A DNA stretch of 63,559 nt, filler included, from Gonapodya sp. JEL0774 (taxonomy: Eukaryota): the NCBI GenBank assembly GCA_027604505.1. It is 52 parts of 52 records of this genome, joined end to end, with 100 filler letters (N's around TTAATTAATTAA, not from the genome) between each part and the next. Parts side by side here need not be neighbours in the genome. Positions count along the whole stretch, not along the records: positions 38,033 to 39,155 come from JADIIX010003824.1; positions 39,256 to 40,378 come from JADIIX010003825.1; positions 40,479 to 41,601 come from JADIIX010003826.1; positions 41,702 to 42,823 come from JADIIX010003827.1; positions 42,924 to 44,045 come from JADIIX010003828.1; positions 44,146 to 45,267 come from JADIIX010003829.1; positions 45,368 to 46,488 come from JADIIX010003830.1; positions 46,589 to 47,709 come from JADIIX010003831.1; 44 more parts are not named here. The stretch is one strand, 5' to 3'. Position numbers and translations under genes: made by a program. The notes under the pieces were generated by a model. The model saw only the letters and a program-made list of their open reading frames with translations, searched no databases and had not been told where the DNA came from. This document shows positions 38,033 through 50,948 of the stretch, piece by piece (the first letter of the stretch is position 1; every line of letters begins with the position of its first letter).

Positions 38033-39155
38033 GCAGCAGAAGCCTGGGATGACTGCAAGAGAGATTCGACTTCGGCGATCTTTGTTTTCAGCTCCCCAAC
38101 TTCCTTCTGGAGGGTTTCCACAAGTGTCACGCTAGATGCGCGTTCCGACTCTGCAGTTCGGAGGAGTAGAGCTCGCTGATTTGATTCATCGGCAAGCGTT
38201 GTTTCCAGCTGACGATGGCTCTCAAGTAGTCGTTCGTGCTCTTCTTTCGCTGTTGCAAGATCCCTTCAAGCGACACAAGACGTTAGATGTAAAAATCATG
38301 CATTTGAAAAAGGTCACACTGCATACTTCAGAAGTGATTGTCCTTCAGAGTTCTGGCGGTCAGTCTGAACAGCCATTTGTGCTGTCAAACCAGTCACGGT
38401 GTCTGTCAGTTGCTTGAGTTGAATCTCCAACTCGCGTTTCTCTTCAACTAATGCCTGATTCTGGGATTCTGAAATCTCGAGTTGTTTTCGAAGACTGTAT
38501 CAAGAACATGCCATTAACAGAGCTGTGTTTGAGTCGGATAGTCAAACCTGAACACTCACTTTTCCGTAACTTCATCTTTTGCTGCATCCGCAAGTTGAAT
38601 CTTCGCAATCGCTTCGTGAAGTTCTTTTTCACGGTCATCAGTGGTGCCTCTTGACAAAACTAGGTCCCTCTCCATCTCCTGCAGGTGCGCTTGAAGGCCA
38701 TCAGCATAGCTCTTCCATTGTTCTGTTTGCGTCCTCAGCTCTTCAGTCTCTTTCCGGAGGGCCTCCACTACCTCGGTACCTTGATCTTTTTCCGCGATAA
38801 TCCCCTCGAACATAGTGAGCTCACTCCGGAAAATTTGGTTTGTCTGCTCGAGTGCAGAAAGCTGATCTTTCAAGGTCAAGTTCTCCTGTTCAAGCAATCT
38901 TACTTTCGCCGCATTCCCCTGAAGTGCTGTTACCTGCCCCTCAACGATCTCGAGCCTGGCTACAGAATCCTTCAAACGGGAATTCTCTTGTTCCAGCTCA
39001 GCGATGCGAGAGAGATTGCCTTGCTGGAGATCATTTACTTGAGCCTCCATTTCGTGGATGTGTTCATTGAGTTCACGTTGAGCTTCCTCAGCGCGGGACT
39101 CCGCTTCCAGGGCACGGGACTCCGCTTCTTGCGCGCGAGAATCTGATTCCTGCGC
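38033..39155 (-). CDS. Long coiled-coil protein fragment (unassigned)
   Basis: E/Q/L/K-rich heptad ORF 38556-39050 plus downstream exons. Confidence 0.6.
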
Positions 39156-39255
39156 NNNNNNNNNNNNNNNNNNNNNNNNNNNNNNNNNNNNNNNNNNNNT
39201 TAATTAATTAANNNNNNNNNNNNNNNNNNNNNNNNNNNNNNNNNNNNNNNNNNNN

Positions 39256-39992
39256 CGCGGCGAGTTTGGTGACGTTCGCGGTGTCGGCGTTTTGGCACGG
39301 GTTTTGGCCTGGGTATTACGGTGAGTTGCATGTGGTGGGCTCGGTACACCCTCCCACATGTGATCCAATTTGTTCCACACTTTCCACACGTGTTACCCTC
39401 TCGTGCAACATCCACATATGCCACCACCCCAAAAACGCGCATGCAAGTCCTCTTCCTTTCCTCCTCTCTCGCCCTCCACCTTTCCAAACTCTCCCGCCGC
39501 TCGCTCCGCCCGCTCTTCTACCCTCCGTCCCCGTACGCCCGTTTCCTCCCCCTGTACCACCTTCTCACATGGTTCGCCACCCTCTCCTTCATCAACTATG
39601 TCGCCATGGGGTTCGTACTCCTCGAGTGGGACGCGACCATAGCGGGGATGAGGAACGTGGGATGGGCAGGGCATGTCGCGGTGGTTGGGTGGTGGGCCGT
39701 GCTCGAGGTGGGAGGGGTGGGGAGGTGGTTGAAGGGCGTGCAGAAGGGGTTTGGGGCCGGAGTGAAGGGTAAGACTGTCGATGGTGGTGGTAGTGTGGAT
39801 GCTAGGAGCGGAAACGGCACTACCTTGACGCATGGGGACGGCCGACCTGCCAACGGGGCGATAAAGTTGGGGCGAGTATCCCTTCACGATGACCACCCCG
39901 TGGCTGAGCTGAGAGACCGGACGGGACGACGATACGATGATGGCGCGTTGGGGGACCGGGCGGTGGTGAAAGGGAGTGCGGATGCGGCTTGA
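39256..39992 (+). CDS. ALE1: MBOAT lysophospholipid acyltransferase, C-terminal part
   Basis: TFAVSAFWHGFWPGYY (catalytic His motif), an intron, then VLFLSSSL...RRSLRPLF. Confidence 0.88.
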
Positions 39993-41148
39993 ACACTGAA
40001 CAGCGGCGGACAAGTTTGTCGCAGGGAGCAGCATTTATCGGTGGTGAGATTCGTAAGCGGTACCTGAGACGGTTCGATGTTGTATTTTATTCCACAGTCA
40101 CGTAAACAGATTCGGACACCGGGGGTCAAGTAGATTTAGCGGCGTACGTTGGGTCTATCACTGGGTACTGACACGCATGATTCGGAGGAACTGGGACTTA
40201 GTCAGTGAAACTTAACTCATGTAATGGAAAAAGGTCAAATTATTGCAGTTCTGGAAGGGGTTAGTGGTGGATCGGTGACTGAAGCGAGAGTACATCACGT
40301 ATGTATGTACCGCCATGCGGTGGTTCTTCGACCGTGTTAATTACGGTCGCAAAGGGAATCCAATTTTGCTTTCAGATANNNNNNNNNNNNNNNNNNNNNN
40401 NNNNNNNNNNNNNNNNNNNNNNTTAATTAATTAANNNNNNNNNNNNNNNNNNNNNNNNNNNNNNNNNNNNNNNNNNNNGTGCCGCCGGTTTCTTGATTGG
40501 TTCTCGCGGCCCGTGTGGGGGGGGGTGGTGGTGTTGGGGGGGGGGTCGGGGGGGGGTGGGGGGGGGTGGGGGGGCACGGGTGGAGAGCGGAGGAATGAGG
40601 GACGGGAGGGGACTCACGACGGAGGAAGAGGGGCGGACCATCTGAAGCAGAGAGTGGGGAAGGTGGAGGGAAGGGAAAGCGGTGGATGAAATGTGTTTCG
40701 GGGGAGTTGAAACGTGGGGGGGGGTATGGATGGAGTTGTTGGGGATGGAGTGCGTTGGTTAAGCCGTCGACACCCCACAATACATAAATCAACAGGACCA
40801 GTTTCTAGATAGAGACCGAATGCAAAAATAGAACAATACTGAGTCGTGTGTTTCTGTATGGATGGAATAAAGCGACACCCGTGTTTCTGTTAATTCTGCA
40901 TGGACAGCACAGTATGGAATATGTTGTTGGCTGAGAAGAGATGAGAATGAGTAGGGCACCAACCCCGGGACTCAAACTGTACTTCGTAAATATTATATGG
41001 ACATTGTATAGAGTCGATGACTTTGTGTCTGTGCGAGTTGGTGGAATACACAGTGGGGTGCTGTGGTCACGATCCCTACGCACGGTGCCTGTCACGCCTT
41101 GTGGAGCACGAGGACCATCGGCAACCAGGTTGAAGGACAGCAGCAAAG

Positions 41149-41601
41149 ATGGTGAGGGAGTGCGGGACGAGAGTGGCAGAGGCAGAGTCGGATAAGATGG
41201 ACGCGGAGACGGGAAGAGGAAGGGAAGGGGTGGATGGATGTGGACGGGCGGAGGTTTTAAGGGTGGACACACGGGGACACGGGGACACAGGGCGGGAAGG
41301 CGAGACGGGAACAGCGGGGAAGGGCGCACACGGACACGGACATGGATGGACACACGCGATGGAGACTCAGAGGCAACGGAAACTCATGGAACACAGAGTC
41401 GAGTTGTCCCCATTCTTCCCCATCTCACCCGCACTCCACAACACACCCCTCCCCTCTCCCCTCTCCCCTCTCCCAGGGCCGCGTACGCACTAAAACAGTC
41501 AAGAAGGCCTCCCGCGTTCTCATCGAAAAGTACTACCCCACCCTCACGACAGACTTCCAGACCAACAAGAGGAGGATCGGCGAGGTCACCATCGTCGCCA
41601 G
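41149..41601 (+). CDS. RPS17: 40S ribosomal protein S17 (ATG-only exon 41149-41151, intron 41152-41476), 3'-truncated
   Basis: [33 protein letters not shown], with CAAAG-ATG|GTGAGG donor and CCCAG acceptor. Confidence 0.95.
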
Positions 41602-42439
41602 NNNNNNNNNNNNNNNNNNNNNNNNNNNNNNNNNNNNNNNNNNNNTTAATTAATTAANNNNNNNNNNNNNNNNNNNNNNNNNNNNNNNNNNNNNNNNNNN
41701 NAGCAGCCGATGGAGTCATCTGAAGAGCTTACACCTGTCCACTCCCCAAACATCACTAAACCTCACCACAAGCAACATAAAGAAGATGTCCGTGGCCCCG
41801 TTATTGGGGGAACCGAAACTCCCTCAACATCGAGCCTTGTGTTCCCGAACCCCCCACGTGGTCGATCTAGCTCTGTCAAGAGTCCCAGCGTGATCGCCGA
41901 GCCTGCGCATCCAGCATCGACAACTATCAAGAGAACCATGCCGGTGCTGGCTGGTCATGTCGTCCCGGGAGTAGAGAGGAACGGAACGGAAAGAAGTCAA
42001 ACTGCAGAAGTTGAGGCAGTGAGCTCTCGTAGTGAGAGCGAGGCGAGTGAGGACGAGGACGAGACTCGCGACCAAGGCAAAGCTTCCAGGAGCTCGGGTT
42101 CCGTAATGGGCAAAAAGGAAGTGGATAAGGAGTTCGACGAGCTGTTCAGGGAATTGGAAATGCTGAAGATATAGAGATTAGCGCCAGATCGAGCATCTAT
42201 CATGAGATGATCGTTAAGTCCCTGAGTTACAGGGTAATTTTAGTTTGGGTAATCAGCGAAACAATCATTGTTGACCCAGTAGTAATATACATTCACTTGT
42301 TTACTAAACTATGGTGGTTGTGTCCGCCATGACCCTCGCATCTCCTCGGTTGGACACCGATGATGCAAAAGCGGCCCGGATCATTCTTATTGATGGTATT
42401 AAAACCGGTACCATGGTCATACATTAACAAAGCGAGATC

Positions 42440-42823
42440 TCATTTCTTCGCCCTTCCCTTCTTCTTGCCTTTATCAGAACTCTCCTGCACACCAACCACA
42501 GTCCCACCCTGGAGTTCTCCCTTCTCTTGGACAACTTTTCCCGCTTCCAAAAAGAACATTAAATCGCGAACTTGCTCTTTCAAATCCGACACCTCTTTAT
42601 CCCGCTCTGCCAAAGCTTTGTTTGCGTTCTCCACTCGTGCAATCAAGTTTGCATTCAGAGACTGTTCCACCGACAATGCAGCCTGTAGTTGTGACACCTG
42701 TCCAGTGGCCTTGGCTAGTCCGCGCTCGAGTGCTTGCTTTTCCTTAAGAAGAATGGGCACGGTTTTGTCTTTCAATTCAGCAAGCTCCATGTCCGCACGT
42801 GTGCGGGCCTCACGCAAATCGGC
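42440..42823 (-). CDS. ETP1: BRAP2/IMP/Etp1 RING-UBP protein, C-terminal coiled coil
   Basis: KEVSDLKEQVRDLMFFLEAGKVVQEKGELQGGTVV followed by a basic tail. Confidence 0.8.
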   Translation of the reverse strand, partial: ADLREARTRADMELAELKDKTVPILLKEKQALERGLAKATGQVSQLQAALSVEQSLNANLIARVENANKALAERDKEVSDLKEQVRDLMFFLEAGKVVQEKGELQGGTVVGVQESSDKGKKKGRAKK

Positions 42824-42923
42824 NNNNNNNNNNNNNNNNNNNNNNNNNNNNNNNNNNNNNNNNNNNNTTAATTAATTAANNNNNNNNNNNNNNNNNNNNN
42901 NNNNNNNNNNNNNNNNNNNNNNN

Positions 42924-44045
42924 CCATTCACTAATCAATAACGAACATAAGCTTGACAAACAAAAACAAGACGCCGCCCTCTACAAGCGGTACGAGGCCG
43001 ACCCTGATGCCGCAGAGGGTTTCTCCAACGAGCACCAAATGTGGGAAGATGAGCAGATTCGCAAAAGCACCATGAAGACCGGAGCCAAGGACAAGGGACC
43101 GCGAAAGGGCGAGGTCGACTATGAGTACTTGTTCGATGAGGAACAACATATTGACTTTGTTTTGAGTGCGACAATTGCGGGGAAGGACGAGGTGGATGGA
43201 GTGGAGGCCTTGGATGAAGCGACCAAGAAGAGTGAGATGGAACTGTCGATGTAGTACTGGTGGCTCCCTTCTTCTCACATACCCTCCCTCTCTTCTGTCC
43301 GCGAATAGAGCTTTCCATGGCCGAAGTTCGCAAGTCGCTTCCAATTTACCCTTTCCGCCAGCAACTTCTCGATGCCGTCCGCGATTACCAAGTGTTGGTC
43401 ATCGTCGGAGAAACAGGCTCCGGTAAAACGACCCAAATTCCTCAATACCTGTATGAGGCTGGATACTGCAAAGATGGGAAGAAGGTTGGTTGCACGCAAC
43501 CTCGACGAGTGGCTGCTATGAGTGTTGCTGCTCGTGTGGCAGAAGAGGTTGGGACAAAGCTCGGGTACACCGTAGGGTATTCGATCAGGTTTGAGGACTG
43601 TACGAGTGACAAAACCGTGGTCAAGTATATGACAGATGGAATGGTATGTTTTTCTTGGAGGTTCCAGTTCAAGTTCTGCCGTGGAAATTTTTTTTGATGT
43701 GTACTTGCTTCGAATACTTACTCAGCTCTTACGAGAATTTCTTACCGAGCCCGATCTTGGCAGCTATTCGGTGCTCATGATTGATGAAGCTCACGAACGT
43801 ACCCTCCACACTGACGTTTTGTTTGGGCTGGTGAAGGATATCGCCCGTTTCCGACCTGACTTGAAACTGCTCATTTCCTCGGCGACCATGGACGCGAAGA
43901 AATTTGCAGAATACTTTGACGACGCACCGATCTTCAACATACCCGGCCGCATGCACCCTGTCGATGTGTACTACACCGCTGCGCCAGAAGCCGACTACTT
44001 GCAGGCTGCTATCACTACAGTGATGCAGATTCACATCAGTCAACC
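42924..44045 (+). CDS. PRP2: Spliceosomal DEAH-box helicase Prp2/DHX16 (S. pombe Cdc28), internal fragment
   Basis: WEDEQI...[92 protein letters not shown]. Confidence 0.95.
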
Positions 44046-44145
44046 NNNNNNNNNNNNNNNNNNNNNNNNNNNNNNNNNNNNNNNNNNNNTTAATTAATTA
44101 ANNNNNNNNNNNNNNNNNNNNNNNNNNNNNNNNNNNNNNNNNNNN

Positions 44146-45267
44146 GCTGCAATGTACACATTTCGAGGGGACCCCGCCAGAATCGCCGGAGTGCATCAGA
44201 ATCTGTTGGTAATCGTGACAGCTCTCCGTGAATGTGGGCGAATCTGGCCAACAGCCAGTTCAGCAGCGCAGGAACTCAAGGGGCAAATCGAAGCCATTAT
44301 CAGCTTGGAAACGCCTCCTGTCAAACTCGAAAGGATGCCATCTAGTGTCTTTCACATCCCACTTCCACGAGCCCATCCAGTTTCATTAACTCCACCGCAA
44401 CCGTCAGTTACAGCCATGCAGCTCAACCACATCGTTGGCGGTCCTTTCTTGTCGCACCAGCAACTGGTCAATCTCGCTGCTACTTCGGTGCAACAGTTTC
44501 CTGGCGTGCAAGCGCCGATTACGAGTGGTCTGGGATCGCAAGCTCACCTGGGAGGAAGTGTGGTGCAATGGCCACTTTCCAGTGTGCAGACAGTACAACA
44601 GCCTTACACAACCGGAGGAAGCACACCAGGGATGCTCGTCGGCGCCCCACATAATCATTTTCAGGGCTATCCTGGCGCAAGTTATGTTGTCTCGGTCCCC
44701 TTGACACCTTCTGTTCCAGCCAGCTTTGGAGCTGGCCTCGCTCCAAATCCTCTCTTGGGGTTCAATTTCAATGTCTCTACCACCACCCTGCCCACTTCGG
44801 CTACCGCTTCGTCCGACTTGGAGTCAGCTCCTCGTGTGACAAATACAGAAGCAGCAGCTCAAGGCTCGCTCCCGATGACACGGCAAGCATCTGGAGCTAG
44901 TGTCCTCAATTTATATCCATACGAGCCACAATCAGCCACCGGGCACACTCTTGTAGAACCACTTCTCGACCGGCCTACACCGTCTTCGCGACCTCACACC
45001 GCTTTCAACGGTATCCCGTTTAATTCAGCATCGCCGTACCCGGTGCTCTCCGCCAACTCGGGTCCGTTTCTCACTAATTCCGCAAAATACTCGGACATTT
45101 TCAGCATTTCCGGATCTCTCCGAGAGAGCACCGCAGCGCCGGAACTGGAGTCTGTTTCGGCAGCTGCCTCTCCAGTAATATTCCAAGATAGGGAGCACTA
45201 CCTCCTGTCGAGTTTGGACAAGGAGGATCTCAGCCTGGATTGGGCTGAAGGGTTGCCCGCAGGCGGG
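44146..45267 (+). CDS. Hypothetical protein fragment, possibly the C-terminus of a fungal Zn2Cys6 transcription factor
   Basis: The frame is open across the contig. LRECGRIWPTASSAAQEL resembles the end of the fungal TF middle homology region and is followed by P/S/A/Q-rich sequence. Confidence 0.4.
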
Positions 45268-45603
45268 NNNNNNNNNNNNNNNNNNNNNNNNNNNNNNNNN
45301 NNNNNNNNNNNTTAATTAATTAANNNNNNNNNNNNNNNNNNNNNNNNNNNNNNNNNNNNNNNNNNNNAACTCCACTTCTCGCAAAAAATCCGCAATCTTT
45401 GAGGCAAAGCTCAGCCATTTCGGTGTACGATAGCTTTCCGAGCTGGCCCTGGGCTAATCTGCGACCCTTTTGCAGGAGCCAAAACCCTGCTTCTCAGGCG
45501 CAAATGTGCCGTTGGTACTGCATCCACTTCCACCATCGAGCAGATTCTTACGCCTTACTTATACGAACGCCGAAATCTTCGACTAGGACCTCATCAAACT
45601 CAC

Positions 45604-46317
45604 CGGTGCAAGCCACGTACGCTTCCTCGTCAATACCGGTCACGACCAACGGGGCCTTCTTCGTGGGCTTTTTTTCCGACACGATGATGGGGAGCAGCGA
45701 TTCGAAGGGTACTTTCCCATCGAGAGCTTCGAGGTACTCAAACCGTTCCAGACCAGTGGCAACTTCAAGGTTGGTAGGGACCTTGCCGGGTGCGGATGGA
45801 CCGGGGAGGTTGGTGTAGATGGGAGTGGGCATGCCGGTTGCGGCATCGGCCTCTACGTATCCCTCGTCAAGACGGGTAGGGGTGCGAGAACCGCCGGCGG
45901 CAGCAACTAGGTAACAGAGTTGATTGGATGGGTGAGGTCAAGCTTCGGGGATGACCCATGGCACTTCCCAAGAATTCCGGAATTAAGTTTGAGTTCGTGT
46001 AAATCGGGTCTTGACTCCATGTAACTTCCTCGGTGACCTTCTCCGCCATCTCTCGCACAAAACCAGTCGCTCCTCCCAATTTCCGCACCCATCCCGACCA
46101 CACACACGTCTGCCAAGCTTCAGGTTTAGCATGCCGCTATTGTCAACATCACAGCCTCTTTGGATGTCATTTTCTGAGCTTCCCGGTTCTTTTCGTTTGC
46201 CTCCAGAACTGTGGGTTTCTTTTTGTGACCCCGAGACTCACGGACCCTAGGAGCGGCAGAGAACGCTCTTTTCTGAGCGAGGGATGCAGCGACACGGCGG
46301 ATGGCAAGTGACTGCAT
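45604..46317 (-). CDS. COX4: Cytochrome c oxidase subunit Cox4/COX5B, first two exons
   Basis: Mitochondrial presequence MQSLAIRRVAASLAQKRAFSAAPRV, an intron of about 335 nt, then GPSAPGKVPTNLEVATGLERFEYL...YVACTG. Confidence 0.88.
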
Positions 46318-47809
46318 TGCGACAGGACAGACAAGAGTTCGCCAAGTGGACTGGACAAGGCTGAGCACAAAACTGTGGTCGGAGAAAGTTGACTCACCCA
46401 GCATGCATATTCTTCTCATTTCATCTCGAGGGAGGTTTATTTGATTAGCAATCCACGTATGGATAAGAGTATAATTTAACTTTGATCTNNNNNNNNNNNN
46501 NNNNNNNNNNNNNNNNNNNNNNNNNNNNNNNNTTAATTAATTAANNNNNNNNNNNNNNNNNNNNNNNNNNNNNNNNNNNNNNNNNNNNTAAAGATCGCCG
46601 ACTTGACCCAGAAAATGCTCGAAGTGGACCCTAATTTTAGGCACAACAATTTTTTCACCGCATTCATTTTGTTTGGTGGGTTCAGCAAAAATCGAACATT
46701 GTGCCGTCTGTGACACAGTCTTGGTTTTCCCACGCATACATACATCAACAAGAGAGCGGGTCAGTCAAAGTTCATTCAAATCTGCCTGTAGCGTCTTTTA
46801 TTGCTGACTCCCCGAATCATTCAGAATGGTACATGTGGTCAACTGCCTCAAACAACCATACCCCACAGTGGACCCCATGATAGCAAGGGTTGTTAAGAAT
46901 AGGTCCGGTAACAATCTCACCTTTTTGCTCGTCGCTTTATCGCGGTTGATGCAATCTTGGACCACTGCCGAAAGGTGAGTTTGTTACAGTCATGGTAGTA
47001 CTCATTTGCGCCAAGCTTGGGAAGAATACACTGATTCGATCTCTCTATTTTTGCACTCGCAGATACTACACGACTTTGAAAGGTCTGGCAGAACTGGCGG
47101 GAATCGAGACTTCCTGACTTGTGGAGTGGAACAATACATGCACGCAACACTCCGGTGAACACTATTGTGATTAAAGATTATATAGCATCAATTTATTATG
47201 TAAATGAGATACACAATTGTAGTATAATCTCAATTTTTATATTTGAATAAAGCGTGACAAATAACCCAAGGCTCGCCTTGGGTTAACGTCAAACCAGGCT
47301 GATGCTATTGCACTCACGGAGACTGAATGGCCATAATTTGGTCAACGTGGCGATCTAGTTTTACTGGCGTACAACAACCTCATCATCTCCTCAGGACAAG
47401 TATCGAGTCGTCACAACATCTCGCTTCCCCTCTGGCAACCAGTTCACATCTCCGAGCTGTGCCAACGGCACCGAAAACTCGAAGGATGCAAGCGGGGAGG
47501 AGCTGGACCCGCGCCGAGGGAAGGGAAGCGAGGTGCACAGGCAATGGTAAAGATTCGTATGGGGATCGCATTGGCCAACCACGAGATCGAGCAAGCCGAT
47601 GAGAAGACATATTGAAATCTGCTCTAGCGTTCTGCGAGAGAAGTCCATTCGTGGTTGATCAGAGCTGTGGTGGCGGGGTTTGCCAAGTCTGGGCGGTGAT
47701 TTATCCTAANNNNNNNNNNNNNNNNNNNNNNNNNNNNNNNNNNNNNNNNNNNNTTAATTAATTAANNNNNNNNNNNNNNNNNNNNNNNNNNNNNNNNNNN
47801 NNNNNNNNN

Positions 47810-48930
47810 TGTTCAGATTGTCAAAAATATTACTCACCTGGATCAAAGTATGAGGTTTGCATTTGTGCAATAAGTTTTCTCATACTCTCTGGGGGAGCAA
47901 GCTTGGCAGTGTATCCTATTGCAACTCCCATTGATTTTCTAATTGCAGCATTGCGATCCTTCATGGCAGTCACCAGTGCACGAAGAAGGAGTTCAGAATG
48001 TGGCTGAAGAAGACTGGGTATTTGTACAGTGAGGGATACTAAAATCTTGGCGGAGCCTGCCTGTTAAATGATGTCAACGGTTTAGGTGCTTTGAAATACT
48101 GGGGTAGTGACTCATGGTGTACCTTTGTGGGGAGTCCAACTCCACGACGGATTACCTCAGCAAGCTTTGGTGCAAGATTATTCATGACTCTTTCGTCAAT
48201 TTGAATAATGCAAGTCTCCATTGCATCCATCTGATACCAAAGAGGGCAATTTTGAACTTTTGCTTCTCAGCAAACCTTTGAGGAAAAGACACTCACCATG
48301 GGAGACATTTTGGCAGCACTTAATCTTGAGCTATCAATTTGCTCTTGAGTGAGGTTATACTTCTCAGCATGAAATGTCAGGTAGTCTATGGGTTTTGTCA
48401 GAAAATTCTCAGCCATCAATAAAGCCTGAGTTCTTCATCATATGTGCTCACTCATTGCTTGAGGTTCTAATGTGGAAAGACTTTCCAGTAAAACTGTGAC
48501 TATGTCAGGAATATGGGGTTTTAGGAGTATACCGCCACGTTTCACAAGTTTGAGAATTGTTTGAAGACTGAACTTCTTCACATCTTCAGCCATATTGGCA
48601 AGTCCCTTTGGTGAATGAATTAATGAAAGTCAACTTTCATTACATATACTAGGGTTCAAAATATCACCTTTTGGAGCATGAAGGGAAGCACAATATCAAC
48701 AATCTTTTGACCATCTGAAGCTGAGGCAACAGTGGGGTCACAATATTTGATGGTGACAGTTGTCAAAGAACGGCATGCTGACAATGCTGCAACCCTTACA
48801 GACTCTTTTATGTCATCTAAGCACCGAAAGCACATTGTCCAGAGAACGGCCATGTTGGTCTCCAGCTGCTCAAGTTGACGGCCAGTCAGCAAATCTGATA
48901 GAGCAATACAACTAACCATTTCACAAGTCT
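47810..48930 (-). CDS. ECM29: Proteasome adaptor Ecm29, internal multi-exon fragment
   Basis: SCIALSDLL...LWTMCFRCLDDIKESVRVAA, LLESLSTLEPQAM, RLSAAKMSPM, IRRGVGLPTK. Confidence 0.93.
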
Positions 48931-50250
48931 NNNNNNNNNNNNNNNNNNNNNNNNNNNNNNNNNNNNNNNNNNNNTTAATTAATTAANNNNNNNNNNNNNN
49001 NNNNNNNNNNNNNNNNNNNNNNNNNNNNNNTGGGTGAGATAAGAAGTGCTTTTGGAAGTCTTGCGGGATGGGGGGGAATGGTTGGGCATTTCGGTTTCAT
49101 AGCGGTGTGGTTTCCCCACTGTTGAAGACGACCACAGCACCACCAGAAACAGATTTGCAGCCCGCATTTGGGAGAACAACGCACAACTATTTGGAGACCA
49201 ACAATTTTGTCAGCTGCCGTACTGACGATTACCCGGCAAGTATTTCCTCATGTGGAGCTACGGGCTTTGAGGGCCTAGAACAGCAAACGATCAACGAGAA
49301 CTAGACTGTGCAATCTTTCTTCTCATCGTTCTACTTCTAATACCAACACTAGACGAAGTTGATGAAGTCGTAGGGACGAACGGAAACAACATATTCAATG
49401 CCGAGCCAACGAGTCCTCCGTCTCTGTTGACGGGGTTTCGACCACCACAATGAACCGGAATGCCGTGATATGCAATGTCCGTCTGTGAATGTCCAGCGCA
49501 ACCTTTTCCTCTCAGGGCTATAAGTGCACCACGTCAAGAACCCCTCAAGAGTGTGCTGTATCATAGGGTTATGGCCCGATCTGACATCTCATGGTGCTTT
49601 CACTTACAACGTGCCAAATTTCCTTATGCGTGTACACAAAATCCATCTCAGAATCTGCTGACCGAACGCCGCTGTTTGGGTAGCTGAGCATGCCCGAAAC
49701 TGACCTTCCGGATTCACATTCCCCACAAGCATTCGAACAGAGCATTCATACACATTGTATTACCGAGAATAGAGAGAAGCTCCATTGAGATTTACAAATT
49801 ATCCGGATGATTTAAAGCAGTACGGGGCGCTCGGGACTTCGGTTTGCAGGTTTTATTGTTAGGGAACCAAGTCGAGGTCCCCTGCGGCCCCACAGCAGAT
49901 CATTGATTACTCCGGACGCGCCGGTTCAACCGACTAAAAGTCGATTTCTATGATCAATTCATTTCCTTTTGGCACTTGTATAAATTTAATTAATTTAGTC
50001 CTGGTGTTGGGTTCCCGGATTGGGCGGAATGGATGCCCAAACACGCCGAATTCGAGGCTTTTGCAAGAGCGCACCAGAAACTCAAGTCCTGTATTAAGTC
50101 ATCGAGTGATGACCAAGTAGCGGCGACGTGCTGGAACGCTTGGTAGGCGTNNNNNNNNNNNNNNNNNNNNNNNNNNNNNNNNNNNNNNNNNNNNTTAATT
50201 AATTAANNNNNNNNNNNNNNNNNNNNNNNNNNNNNNNNNNNNNNNNNNNN

Positions 50251-50948
50251 TTTGTAGACCACACTGCTTGGAAAACCTTATCCTTCGTTGAAGCTCCAGT
50301 CAACAAAGGAAACAACTGTTCGACGAGATAAACGTCGTTATTTGTCCAAAGAATATCAGAAAACAACATAGAGAAAGCTCGTGTATGAACAGTGTCCGTG
50401 CGTGTGCACATAGGGATGCCTCCGCAACTGTACACTCCTGAAAGTATGGACATCAACGCCTTCGAGTATTCATCCTTTGTGTCCGAACATTCCTGCTGTG
50501 AAAACACGTGAAGGGCGAATAGGAGGAAGCATGAAGGGCAGATCCATCTTCGAAATACAACTTCAAGGATGCGGACGCGCGATTGGATCTCTTTTGCTGG
50601 TACTGGTTTGCTCAATTTGCGAACTTTAACCACGGTGGCGACGATGGAGAGGAGCGCGACGCAGAGGGGTTTGGAACATAGGGTATGGCGATCCATCACG
50701 GCGACTTGCTCCATGTAGTCCAAAACAAGGAGTATGTCGTTTGGGTGCCATTTACCGTAGACTGAGCTCAGGAAATCCCCCAGGGGTTTCTTAGCGGCGA
50801 TGTAGGGCAGCGCGAGCTTGGCGGTTCTCTCTTCTTCCTGGCGGGATCGCCCATCGAGGCAGACACTGAACAGCTCCTTCAGTCTCCTGTTCGCCCAACA
50901 CTTCACCCTGATGTGGTACGGGATGAACGATCCGATTCTGACAATCAC
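50251..50948 (-). CDS. Hypothetical helical protein fragment
   Basis: Open frame of about 230 codons with ordinary composition; no recognised motif. Confidence 0.4.

Noticed and set aside
40479..40792. Pro-rich ORFs and G-runs as a protein or a G-quadruplex element
   Set aside because: Best explained as a C-rich intron (GTGAGT donor on the minus strand) of a divergently transcribed gene. The long Pro-rich translations are compositional artefacts.
46110..46185. Possible C/D snoRNA in the long COX4 intron (GTGATG..., CATGCTAA, CTGA, closing stem)
   Set aside because: The C box is degenerate, the spacing is poor and there are only about 8 nt of complementarity to 18S/U6. This is insufficient without an Infernal or snoscan result.
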